Shown here in pieces: positions 9,593 through 18,597 of a stretch of 64,000 bases of DNA. The position numbers and the translations under genes are program-made. Below the pieces are notes generated by a model. It saw only the letters and a list, made by a program, of their open reading frames with translations. It did not search any database and was not told where the DNA came from. Numbering within the stretch: position 1 is the stretch's first letter; each line of letters begins with the position of its first letter. Source of the stretch: Planctomycetota bacterium (GTDB taxonomy: Bacteria > Planctomycetota > UBA11346); contig JBBRLJ010000025.1 in the NCBI GenBank assembly GCA_038231435.1, positions 1-64,000 of the forward strand, read 5' to 3'.

Positions 9593-11668
9593 TCATCTCA
9601 CGAGTTTGTCGACCTCGTGCAACAGGTCGTCGGCGGACGGGCGGTCGGCGATGGTCTTGCCCACGTAGGCGTAGCGCACCTTGCCCGCTCCATCGAGCAC
9701 CAGCGAGGTCGGCCGCGAGAGGTTGTCCTCGATGCCGAGCGCCCGCACCAGCAGCAGGCTGACGTCCAGGGCCACCGGCATGGGCGGGGGATCCTTCCGT
9801 AGGCTCTGCACCGCCTGCACGAAGGCCGGCGCGGCCTCGGCCGGCCCCGGATAGATCACCACCACCTCGGCGCCGGCCTTGCGGAAGTCGCCGATGCGGT
9901 TGCACAGGGCTGCGGTCTGCGCGGCGCAGTACAGGCAGACCTGCCCGGCGAAGCCGCGCAGCACCACCACCACCACCGGCTTCTTGGACTTGGCGTAGGC
10001 GCCGAGATCGATGACCGTGCCATCGGCCGACAGGAAGCGCGTCTGCGCCAGCGGCTTGCCGATCAGGTCGGGGCGCTGCGCCGGCACCGTGGCGTCGACG
10101 GCGTAGGGATCGTCCGCCGCCTCGGACACCGAGCCGGTGCTGTAACGGTCGATGAACGAGGCGATCTTGCCCTCTTCCGCCTTGGTCCAGAAAGCCGGCA
10201 GGATCTGGATCGGCGAGAGTGAAGGCTCCGACGGATCCGGCAGGGCGTTCTCGAATTGCGCGGCGTTGGTCGCGATGGGCGCCGCGACACGAGCCGCCAA
10301 TGCCAGCGTGGCTGGCGCGGGCGCGCCGGCGGCCTCGGTCACGTCGGGTGCGGTCGCTGCACGCAATCCGCCGGGGGGCAACGCACCGGTCTCGCCAGCC
10401 GCATCGCCGGCTTTCGCCGCCTGAGGCTCATCAGCAACGCCGGCGTCCTTTTCCACCGCATCGTGCTGCTTGTCGACCTCGTCGACCGCTTTGCGATCCG
10501 CGACCTCAGGCAGGATGGCGGCCAGCGGGCCGTCCGCGCTCGCGCCCGGCGCGAGCCGCAGCTCGGCGAAGCGCCGATCGAGGGTCGCGATGAGCTCACG
10601 CGGGCTGGTCTCGGCACCTTCGGCTCCCTCCGAGGCGGCCGGGGCCACTTCGGCGGAGGCGCCAGGCAGGGACGCCTGCCAGACGGTGCCATCGGGTTTG
10701 AAGGTGCTCCACGATTGCAGCGCGTCGTCATGGTAGATCGCATCCACCGCAAGCTGGCCGTTGTCGTGCCAGTAGCGCCAGTGCCCGTCCTTGCGGCCGT
10801 CGAGGCTGCGCCCGGCGAGCGCGAGCTTGCCGTCGGGATACCAGGCCGCCGCCTGGCCGCGGCTAGCGAGCGCGGTGGCGAAGCGCAGCGCGCCATCCGC
10901 GCCAGTGAGGATCACGGTGCCGTCGACGCCGCGCAGCGGGAAGGATGCCAGCTGCGTGGCGTGCGCGCTCGCGGCGGCGCGGCTCATCGCCCAACCGAGC
11001 CGCTTGTCGTCGGCAACGACGGTGGTGGCGACGAATCCTTTGGGCACGCCGAGATCGGTGGCCGCGGCGCCCTCGCCGAAGGCGTCGGGCCAGCGGCCAA
11101 CCTTCAGTCCGAGGAAGTAGTCGGCCTGCGACTTCATCGTGCCGTCGCGGTTCCAGGTGCGCCACAGGCCGGACTTCACGCCGAAATCGAAGAAGCCCTC
11201 GGCGAAGGACGCGCCATCCGCGAAGCGGTAGCGCCACAGACCATCCTGGCGATCACGATCGTAATCGCCTTCGCTCGCGAGCTGGCCGTTCTCATGGAAC
11301 TGCCGCCAGTGGCCGGTGCGCTTGCCGCCAGGGGCGTAGCTGCCGGTCTGCTGGATCTGGCCGTTCGGGAACCACCAGGTCCATTCGCCAAACTGCTTGT
11401 CGTTCTGCCAGCCGCCCTTCGCCTGCTTGGCGCCGTCGGCAAACCAGTAGGTCCACTCGCCGCTCTGCATCCCCGACTCGAGCTGGCCCTGGCGCTTCAC
11501 CTGCCCGGACGGCCAGGTCTCGACCACCGCGCGCGGCGCTCCGCACGACACCAGCAGCAGGGTCGCGCTCAGCACGGCCGCGAGTGCGCACGATCCCGCG
11601 GCCCAGGCTGACGCCCTGGACGGGCGGCACGAGGTGCTGTGGCGAGGACTGGCGAGGCGTGCGGTCAT
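9593..11668 (-). CDS. Putative lipoprotein with MORN-variant (YwqK-like) repeats and a C-terminal AhpC/TSA thioredoxin-fold domain
   Basis: Lipobox LLVSC; repeated G.W..W..NG units; VVVVLRGFAGQVCLYC redoxin motif. Confidence 0.7.
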   Translation of the reverse strand: MTARLASPRHSTSCRPSRASAWAAGSCALAAVLSATLLLVSCGAPRAVVETWPSGQVKRQGQLESGMQSGEWTYWFADGAKQAKGGWQNDKQFGEWTWWFPNGQIQQTGSYAPGGKRTGHWRQFHENGQLASEGDYDRDRQDGLWRYRFADGASFAEGFFDFGVKSGLWRTWNRDGTMKSQADYFLGLKVGRWPDAFGEGAAATDLGVPKGFVATTVVADDKRLGWAMSRAAASAHATQLASFPLRGVDGTVILTGADGALRFATALASRGQAAAWYPDGKLALAGRSLDGRKDGHWRYWHDNGQLAVDAIYHDDALQSWSTFKPDGTVWQASLPGASAEVAPAASEGAEGAETSPRELIATLDRRFAELRLAPGASADGPLAAILPEVADRKAVDEVDKQHDAVEKDAGVADEPQAAKAGDAAGETGALPPGGLRAATAPDVTEAAGAPAPATLALAARVAAPIATNAAQFENALPDPSEPSLSPIQILPAFWTKAEEGKIASFIDRYSTGSVSEAADDPYAVDATVPAQRPDLIGKPLAQTRFLSADGTVIDLGAYAKSKKPVVVVVLRGFAGQVCLYCAAQTAALCNRIGDFRKAGAEVVVIYPGPAEAAPAFVQAVQSLRKDPPPMPVALDVSLLLVRALGIEDNLSRPTSLVLDGAGKVRYAYVGKTIADRPSADDLLHEVDKLVR

Positions 11669-11862
11669 GCGGGACTCCCGAGTGATGATGCCGTGAGATA
11701 CGAGAGGTCGCCGCCTCGCAACCGAGCTGGCGGACGTGGGCGTGCACGCCGCGTGTGATACAGGAATGCCTGGCATGACTTGCCCCATCCGGGTTGCCGC
11801 CAACACTCGCACGCCCTGCCGCTGGCGTCGACGGCACGGCGAGCCATGGGGACGGGAGACAC

Positions 11863-14337
11863 ATGTCGAACAAGCCATCCGACCCATCCACGGTTCCAGC
11901 GGCCGCACCTTCCGCGGACGGCTCTTCCACTGACCGCTCCGAGACCTTCCGGTCGGTGCCAACGGCAGCCATCAACCGCTTCTGCCTCGACCATGGACTG
12001 ACGATCGCCGCCAATCCGTGCATCAGCCCCGATTTCTGTCTCGATTGGCCGCGACTCGCCAGGCGCCTGGCCGCCACGGACTCGTCAATCAGGCATCACA
12101 CCGCGGCGGCGTTCTCTACCGCTTCGGGCTCCTGGGAACTGGTCGAGGACGCCGATGGTGATCACGCCTGGCTGCTCGCCGGCGCGGCTTCAGCTGGAAA
12201 GTCCTCAGCCGCTGACTCGACGCTCGCGGGCGGCGTCCGTCTGGCCGATGGCCGCTACGCCTTCCCCGCGAGCTGGGCCAATCTGCTCGCGCTGAAGGAT
12301 CTGGTGCTCGCGCACGATCCGGCCGCGACCATCTTCCCGAGCGCCGCCGGCACGCTCGCGCGGAGTTCGCTCGGCATCGGCGCGCGCTTCACCACCCTGC
12401 ACTGGCCAGCGGTGCAGTGGGCGATGGCGAGTCTCGGCCTGAGCTTGACCGCCAACCAGAACTCGATCCCACGCGAGCTGGTCTACGACGTCGAAGCGAT
12501 GCTCGGCGGACGGCTCGACAGCGTGCCGTTCCCGTTCATCGGGGCCAACGTGCCCGAAGGACATCAGGGCCAGAGCGTCGAGGGCATGAGCCACGGCGCG
12601 GTGCTCGCGACCCTGAAGAACGGTTTCCACCGTCGCCGCATCCCCTGGGGATTCAACGCCGACCATCAGCCGGTGGGCGGCAAGTTCGACGCGCGAGAGG
12701 GCGAGCTGGTGCGCGGCTGCGTGCTCGCCAGCTACATCACCTTCGATCTCTCGCCCGAACTCGCGGCGACCGCCAAGCCCGATGTCGCGGCAGCCGCGGG
12801 CTCCATCGCCACCAGCATCGCCACCAACATCGCCGCGAACATCCCCGCCGAGGTCAACGCAGGAGTGCGCGCGCGCCTGGCCGCGTGCTCGGTGGCGATC
12901 GACGAGGCCGCCTTCACCCAGCTGCTATGCGCGGTGTGGCCGGCGGTGAGCAAGATGAAGCGGCGCGACGAACTGTACGCCGCGGCCAGGGAGCGGGCGT
13001 TCTCGGTGGCCGCGGGCCGCGCCTACTTCCGCGAGCTGTCGATAGACGAGCTGCCCGGCCTGACCACGCCGGAGACCCTGGCGACCATGCTGGCGCTGTG
13101 CGAGGCGCTGGGCATGCGCATCCACTTCGTCGCACCCGCCTTCGGCTTCCAGAAGAACTTCCCCTTCGCCGACGACGCCGAGCTCGAACGCCGCGTCGCC
13201 GCCGCGTGGGCGATCTGCCAGAGGTTCGGCGTCTCGATCGGCTTCCATTCGGGATCGGGGAAATCGGCGGACAACTACCGCATCTGCGGCCGCGTCACCG
13301 GCGGCGCGCTCGAGATCAAGACCAGCGGCCGTTACACCTACGAGATGGGCGTCGCGCTGGCGCGCTCGACCGACGAGCGCGACCAGGCGCTGTGGCGCGA
13401 CTGGTGGCGCTTCACCCGCGATCTGAGCGCGGCCTCGGCGTTCTCGGCGGATGCCACCGAGCGCGCCATGGCGCGCCAGTTCATCACGCACGCCCTCGAG
13501 CGCGAGGGCCGGCCAACCCGGGTCTTCGACGACGCCGACGCGTGCCGTGCGGCACTCTCCGCGCTGTCGCCCAGCACCGAGCACATGTTCTGGTTCGAAT
13601 ACAATTTCCTCTTCGTGCTCGCCCGTGGCGGCGCGCCAGACAAGGCCGGTCTCGGTGACCATTCCCCCGCCGGCTACCGCCAACGCGCGCGCTTCTACGC
13701 GATCAGCGACCAGGCCCGCCTCGCCTACGCCCAGGGCGTGGCGAGCTACATCCTGTTCCTCGCCGAGACCACCGGACTGGCGCCGGCCGGGCGCTGCGCC
13801 GAGGCCAAGCGCCGTCTCGATGCGTACACACGCCACGATGACCTGATCACGGACATCGCCCCCCCGGCACCATCCGCCTCCCCGCAGGCGCGCCGGGGCG
13901 CCGCCGACGCCGCCCTGCTGGCCGCAGGCGGCGCGGCCGCCGCCGCCGTCGCGGCGCCCGCCGGGATGCTGCGCACCTACGCACTGATCGCGCTGGGATC
14001 CGCGCTCGGCGGCATGGCGCGCTACGCCATGGCCTTCGCCATCGACGCCCGCGTCGGCGGCTCGTTCCCATGGGGCACCATCGCGGTGAACATCCTCGGC
14101 TGCTTCGCCATCGGTCTCGTCGGTGGGCTGAGCGAGCGCGAATGGGTGCGGCATTTCGGCATGGTCGGGGTGCTCGGAGGCTTCACCACCTTCTCGGCGT
14201 TCGCGTGGCAGACGCATGGATTGGCGAAGGAGCAGCACATCGGGGCGGCGCTGGCGAATGTCGGAGTGTCGGTTGGAGTGTGTCTGGTTGCGGTGTGGAT
14301 CGGGTTCGTGGTTGCGAAGTGCGTGAGGACTGGGTGA
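11863..14337 (+). CDS. Tagaturonate epimerase UxaE-like protein fused in frame to a CrcB/Fluc fluoride channel
   Basis: NADHQ, ELSIDE, FHSGSGK, IKTSG (UxaE-like); C-terminal GSALGGMARY, FPWGT..VN..GCF, GGFTTFS (CrcB). Confidence 0.7.
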   Translation: MSNKPSDPSTVPAAAPSADGSSTDRSETFRSVPTAAINRFCLDHGLTIAANPCISPDFCLDWPRLARRLAATDSSIRHHTAAAFSTASGSWELVEDADGDHAWLLAGAASAGKSSAADSTLAGGVRLADGRYAFPASWANLLALKDLVLAHDPAATIFPSAAGTLARSSLGIGARFTTLHWPAVQWAMASLGLSLTANQNSIPRELVYDVEAMLGGRLDSVPFPFIGANVPEGHQGQSVEGMSHGAVLATLKNGFHRRRIPWGFNADHQPVGGKFDAREGELVRGCVLASYITFDLSPELAATAKPDVAAAAGSIATSIATNIAANIPAEVNAGVRARLAACSVAIDEAAFTQLLCAVWPAVSKMKRRDELYAAARERAFSVAAGRAYFRELSIDELPGLTTPETLATMLALCEALGMRIHFVAPAFGFQKNFPFADDAELERRVAAAWAICQRFGVSIGFHSGSGKSADNYRICGRVTGGALEIKTSGRYTYEMGVALARSTDERDQALWRDWWRFTRDLSAASAFSADATERAMARQFITHALEREGRPTRVFDDADACRAALSALSPSTEHMFWFEYNFLFVLARGGAPDKAGLGDHSPAGYRQRARFYAISDQARLAYAQGVASYILFLAETTGLAPAGRCAEAKRRLDAYTRHDDLITDIAPPAPSASPQARRGAADAALLAAGGAAAAAVAAPAGMLRTYALIALGSALGGMARYAMAFAIDARVGGSFPWGTIAVNILGCFAIGLVGGLSEREWVRHFGMVGVLGGFTTFSAFAWQTHGLAKEQHIGAALANVGVSVGVCLVAVWIGFVVAKCVRTG

Positions 14338-14364
14338 GGGAAGTGGAGGAGAAGACTGAAGGTT

Positions 14365-14452
14365 GAAGAGGGAAGAGGGAAGAGGGAAGAGGATATAGGC
14401 GCGGTTTTTGTGGGGCTCTCCTCGGAATCGCGATCGTAGCGGACGTGCTCGC
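14365..14452 (+). repeat. (GAAGAGG)n array plus a ~55-bp core shared with 46330-46421
   Basis: GGCGCG..TTTGTGGGGCTCT.CTCGG...CGCGATCGTAGCGGACGTGCTCGC occurs at both loci. Confidence 0.85.
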
Positions 14453-14555
14453 TGTCAAGGCCGATCGGCGGGGCGCCGATCGCCGCGGAGGAACCGCGGG
14501 TGCCGCCTTGACAGCTGCGCGCGTCCGCTGGGTTTGGGCGAAGGAGAGCACAACC
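14438..14555 (+). promoter_or_regulatory. Structured leader A upstream of four-helix-bundle gene 1
   Basis: Perfect 11-bp stem GCTGTCAAGGC (14451-14461)/GCCTTGACAGC (14505-14515) enclosing two hairpins; AAGGAG RBS. Confidence 0.65.
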
Positions 14556-14903
14556 ATGGCTCAGTTCGAGAAGCTCATCGTGTGGCAGAAGGCGCAGGAT
14601 TTCGCGATTGCGATCGATCTGGAGACGCGGTGCATGCGTGCGGATGCGGCGTCGCAGTTGCGGCGATCGGCGGCGTCCATCCCGGACAACATCGCCGAGG
14701 GTTCCGAGCGCGGCACGTCCGCTCAATTCGCACACTTCCTTGCGATCGCCAACGGCTCATGCGCCGAAGCGCAGAGCCAACTGCGTCGCGCGCACGCGTG
14801 CGGCTACATGCCGCGCGATGCATTCCTCGATCTCATCGATGCATCCCAGCAGATCGGCTGGATGCTCATCGCCCTCCGCCACAGGCACGTCATCGGCACG
14901 TGA
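14556..14903 (+). CDS. Four helix bundle protein (23S rRNA IVP/Avd-like family)
   Basis: FEKL.VWQKA, QLRRSA.SIP.NIAEG.ER, FL.IA.GS.AE...QL. Confidence 0.9.
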   Translation: MAQFEKLIVWQKAQDFAIAIDLETRCMRADAASQLRRSAASIPDNIAEGSERGTSAQFAHFLAIANGSCAEAQSQLRRAHACGYMPRDAFLDLIDASQQIGWMLIALRHRHVIGT

Positions 14904-14906
14904 CGC

Positions 14907-15260
14907 TCACGGCGGTGGCCGCAGCCGCCGCCGCAGATTGCGGATCATGAAGCCGATCGCAATCGCTTCATCGAGCATCGCCACGAAGCGATCACGGGGA
15001 ACGAAGCCCCCACGATAGGCGACGCGCAGCTGTGCCTGGACCTCGGCGCACGAACCGCCGGCGATCGACAGGAAACGTTGGAAATCGCCATCGCTCGCGC
15101 GGCCGTGTCCTTCGGCAATGTTGTACGCGATCGAGGCCGCCGCTGTGCGGACCTGACCGAGCAGACCATCGCCGCTGCGCTGAAGTCCCCTCTCGTCACG
15201 AATCCTCTCCACCAATCCCGCCGCCCGCTGCCACACGCTCAGATCCTCGAATCTCGTCAT
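14907..15260 (-). CDS. Four helix bundle protein (23S rRNA IVP/Avd-like family), second paralog
   Basis: FEDL.VWQRA, Q.R.AA.SI..NIAEG.GR, F.RFL.IA.GS.AE. Confidence 0.9.
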   Translation of the reverse strand: MTRFEDLSVWQRAAGLVERIRDERGLQRSGDGLLGQVRTAAASIAYNIAEGHGRASDGDFQRFLSIAGGSCAEVQAQLRVAYRGGFVPRDRFVAMLDEAIAIGFMIRNLRRRLRPPP

Positions 15261-15375
15261 CTCCGTTCTCCTTGCGCCCATCCGCGCGATCGTCCTCGGG
15301 GTCAAGGCTGGCCGCCTCGGCCACCGCGGCTCCCGCGGCCCGGCCTTGACGCCGAGGACGATCGCGACAATCGCG
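15261..15375 (-). promoter_or_regulatory. Structured leader B upstream of four-helix-bundle gene 2
   Basis: Long stem CGCGATCGTCCTCGG-C-GTCAAGGC / GCCTTGAC-C-CCGAGGACGATCGCG enclosing two hairpins; AAGGAG RBS. Confidence 0.65.
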
Positions 15376-15543
15376 CCACAGGGGAGAACGCCACAACGTA
15401 CTTGCCGTCAGCTGTCACTTCGAGTCTTCGAGCCTTCGAGCTTTCTTACCTTCTTAACTTTCGCGCCTTCTTTTCAACTGGACTGCGAGATGGCAGGAGA
15501 AGAAGGAAGATGGAAGGTCGAAGAGGGAAGGGACAGCGGACAC

Positions 15544-15591
15544 GAAAGCTAGAAAGCTAGAAAGCTAGAAAGCTAGAAAGCTAGAAAGCTA
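15544..15591. repeat. Octamer array (GAAAGCTA) x6
   Basis: Read directly; near-complementary CTTCGAGC-type octamers at about 15418-15455. Confidence 0.95.
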
Positions 15592-15606
15592 GAAAAACTG
15601 CGGCCT

Positions 15607-16695
15607 CTACTCGCACCCGCAATCACCACTCTTCGTCCCGCACCCCCCGCCCTCCGCCTCGATCTCCGTCACCCCATCCGCCATCACCAACCCGTGCCTC
15701 GCCGCCGCGGTCTTCCAGAACGCCGGATCGGTGCCGAGCGTGGTGAGATAATTTCCCACCATCACCGCATTGATCCCGGTGGTGAAGACTTCGTGCAGGC
15801 GGTCTCCGAGCACCACTTCCTTGCCGCCGGCGACCATCAGGTTGCGGTCGGGGAGCATGAAGCGGAACACCGCGAGCGTGGTCAGCGCCTCGTCGGCGTC
15901 GAGCGGCGCGAGATGGCCGAGCTTGGTGCCGGGGATCGGGTTCAGGAAGTTGATCGGCACCATGTCGGGCTCGATCAGGCGAAGCTGTTCGATGAACTCG
16001 ACGCGCTGCTCGCGGGTCTCGCCCATGCCGACGATGCCGCCCGAGCACAGGCCCATGCCGGCCTTCTTGACGAACCTGATGGTCTCGAGGCGCTCCTCGA
16101 ACGAGTGCGTCGAGCAGATGTTGTCGAAGAAGCTGCGCGCGGTCTCGAGATTGTGGCCGTAGACCTTGGCTCCGGCTTGTTTGATGCGGTCGGCGCAGCG
16201 CTGAGTCTCGAGGATGCCGAGATTGACATCGGCGCGCACCTTGCCGTTCTTGGAGAACGTCTCGATGGCGTCGCACACCATGTCCAGCTGCGCGCCTTCC
16301 TTGACCCCCCACCAGGCGGCGACCAGGCCGAGCGCCTGGGCGCCATTTTCGGCCGCGCTCGCGGTCGCGCTGGCGATGTCCTCGTCGGGCAGCCACTTGG
16401 TCTTGCGGTAGTCGGCATTGGCGCTGCCCGAGGCCTGCGCGCAGTAGCTGCAGTTCTCGGAGCAGTTGCCGGCCTTGACGTTGAGGATCGAGCAGCAGCG
16501 CAGCGTGCGCCCGACGAAGGCGTCGCGGATGCGCTGCGCACCCGCGAACAATGCCGCCGCCGCCGGCGACCCCGGAGCGATCGCGAGCAGCTCGCGCGCC
16601 TGCGCCGCCGTGACCTCACCACGCCTGGCGATGACCTCGTCGGCGAGCATCAGGATGGCCGCGGGATCGGTCGACAGGCAGATGGTGGCGCTCAT
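15607..16695 (-). CDS. bioB: Biotin synthase (radical SAM)
   Basis: CSENCSYCAQ, HNLET, CSGGIVGMGE, VPINFL.P..GT, GNYLTT. Confidence 0.9.
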   Translation of the reverse strand: MSATICLSTDPAAILMLADEVIARRGEVTAAQARELLAIAPGSPAAAALFAGAQRIRDAFVGRTLRCCSILNVKAGNCSENCSYCAQASGSANADYRKTKWLPDEDIASATASAAENGAQALGLVAAWWGVKEGAQLDMVCDAIETFSKNGKVRADVNLGILETQRCADRIKQAGAKVYGHNLETARSFFDNICSTHSFEERLETIRFVKKAGMGLCSGGIVGMGETREQRVEFIEQLRLIEPDMVPINFLNPIPGTKLGHLAPLDADEALTTLAVFRFMLPDRNLMVAGGKEVVLGDRLHEVFTTGINAVMVGNYLTTLGTDPAFWKTAAARHGLVMADGVTEIEAEGGGCGTKSGDCGCE

Positions 16696-16819
16696 GCGCC
16701 ACATCTTGGCAAGAGACCTGCGCCCGCAACAGGCACGGGGAGGAGAAGGAGAAGAGGGAAGGGGGAAGATCGAAGCTAGAAGAGGACAGCCCGCCCGCCG
16801 CGCTCCGCCGGCCGTCCGC

Positions 16820-16910
16820 TTCGAGCTTCCAGCTTCTAGCTTCTAGCTTCCCCCTTCGATCTTCCCTCTTCCCTCTTCTACCTTCTCACCTTCTCACCTT
16901 CTCACCTTCC
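16820..16910. repeat. Mixed heptamer (AGCTTCT) and octamer (ACCTTCTC) arrays
   Basis: Read directly. Confidence 0.85.
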
Positions 16911-16940
16911 CCCCTTCCCGCCTTCTCCCCTTCCCCCCCC

Positions 16941-18461
16941 TCACCACCAATAATGCGCCGTATACGTCACCACCTGCTCCCCATTCGCCGGGATGGTGAC
17001 CGGGAACTCGATGGTGCGACTGTCCTTCTTGGTGAAGGGATGCGAATTGCCCTGGACCTCGCAGTTAACCCAGCGGTAGAGGTGCTCGACGATCGTCACC
17101 TCGACCGGCTCGGCGCGGTGATTGCGAACGGTGACGGTGAACGATTCGTCGAGTTGGTCGTTGCGGCCGTTGTTGAGGCGGTAATCGGTCTGCCGCCGCT
17201 CGCCTACCACGTCGAAGGCATTGCCGGTGTAGATGCGCAGCGTCTCGTCCTTGGGCGTGTGGTCGATGGTGTTCTCTCCGGTGAACTCGAGATGGCCGTC
17301 GTCGTCGCGCAGGTAGAAACGGACCTTGCCTGCTGGCAGCGGCATGCCGAGGTGGTTCTCCTCGCTGTTCTTGAATTCGCGCATGACCCACACCTTCGGA
17401 TTGGACTCGGTGCCGAATTCGCGCTGGTTGCGGATGTTCTCCGAATTCCAGCCATTGTAGCGGCGCGGGTCGACCATGAGCCCGTCGTAGACCAGTCGCT
17501 TGGTGGCCTTGACGCCTTTGGCGGCGAGGAATGCCTCCTGCTTGCTCTCGCGATCATGGAACGAGCCGACGCGCGGCAGGGTGTAGAGGTGGTAGTCCGA
17601 GAACGCCTTGCTGGTGACCCCGAGATCGATCCCGTCCGACGCCATCGCGGATTTCGCCGCATCGAGATAGCGCTCGTTCTGCTCCTCGTCCTGATGGAGC
17701 TTGCTGACATCGCCGGCCACCAGCTTGAGGCGCACCGATTCGAAATCCTTGCCGGTCTCGTTGTCGATGGTCACCCAGCCCGAGAGATCGAGCAGGGACT
17801 CTCCGGCATTGTCTGAGATCACATTGTATGCGGCCTCCCATCCCATTCCGCCGGTGACGTACCCGACCTCGGCGTCTACCTTCACGGCTTCCTTGGCACC
17901 GATCACCCATTCGAGCGTCGGCTTGAGCACCGTCCCATCGGGGAGCGGTGGGAACAGCGGAGTCCCCGGCAGTCCGAAGCGCAACGCACCGTCGATCTGC
18001 ACGATCGGCTGGCTCTGGGCCATCTCGTTCTGGTACTGGTACCACTGCTGTTGGTTCCGGCGCGGAGGCGGCGGATAGTAGCCGCTGCGCACCACCGTGC
18101 CCTTCACCACGGTTTCCTTGCCATCGCGCATGACCAGGAAATCGATCGTCTTGCCCTCGTTCATCATCAGCAGCAGGCCCTGGGCGATCGGATCGGCGCG
18201 GTAGTCCTGCTCGAGCACGGTGAAAGCGACCTTGCCGGCGGGATCGCGGAGGATCACGCTGTCGGTTTCGACGTGCGCAGTGGTGTCTGCGAAACGCACG
18301 CGGTTCTCGCCAGGCTTCAGATCCAATGCGAGATGCTCGCGGACCACCGCGAAGCGCTGGTTGTAGACCGTCACCGACATCTCGGCCGCTGGAGCTCTGA
18401 CGGCCACGGCGACGGCCAGCAGGGCAGGGAAGATGGGGAGGATGGGGAGCGGACGGCGCAT
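16941..18461 (-). CDS. Secreted DUF4139-domain protein
   Basis: SVTVYN...AVVRE, YVTGG.GW.A.Y, LGMPLPAG.VR, GE..IDHTPKDE. Confidence 0.75.
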   Translation of the reverse strand: MRRPLPILPIFPALLAVAVAVRAPAAEMSVTVYNQRFAVVREHLALDLKPGENRVRFADTTAHVETDSVILRDPAGKVAFTVLEQDYRADPIAQGLLLMMNEGKTIDFLVMRDGKETVVKGTVVRSGYYPPPPRRNQQQWYQYQNEMAQSQPIVQIDGALRFGLPGTPLFPPLPDGTVLKPTLEWVIGAKEAVKVDAEVGYVTGGMGWEAAYNVISDNAGESLLDLSGWVTIDNETGKDFESVRLKLVAGDVSKLHQDEEQNERYLDAAKSAMASDGIDLGVTSKAFSDYHLYTLPRVGSFHDRESKQEAFLAAKGVKATKRLVYDGLMVDPRRYNGWNSENIRNQREFGTESNPKVWVMREFKNSEENHLGMPLPAGKVRFYLRDDDGHLEFTGENTIDHTPKDETLRIYTGNAFDVVGERRQTDYRLNNGRNDQLDESFTVTVRNHRAEPVEVTIVEHLYRWVNCEVQGNSHPFTKKDSRTIEFPVTIPANGEQVVTYTAHYWW

Positions 18462-18597
18462 GGGTACCTCGGGTGCTTAGACGATAACCAGGCTCGATAG
18501 TTCAGGGCCTGATCCCAGCCTGCAACGTCCGAAACAGCATCAGGATTCGGCGTGCAGCCGACCAGACGGGACCTACCATCCCCCGCTGGCCGCACCG

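Noticed and set aside
7639..9762. Long antisense ORFs (also 23345-25306, 40590-42353, 52757-54685, 60393-62549)
   Set aside because: Shadow frames opposite well-supported genes, as expected at high GC
14556..15260. Diversity-generating retroelement or 23S rRNA intervening sequence
   Set aside because: No reverse transcriptase, no TR/VR pair with adenine-specific mismatches and no rRNA in the window
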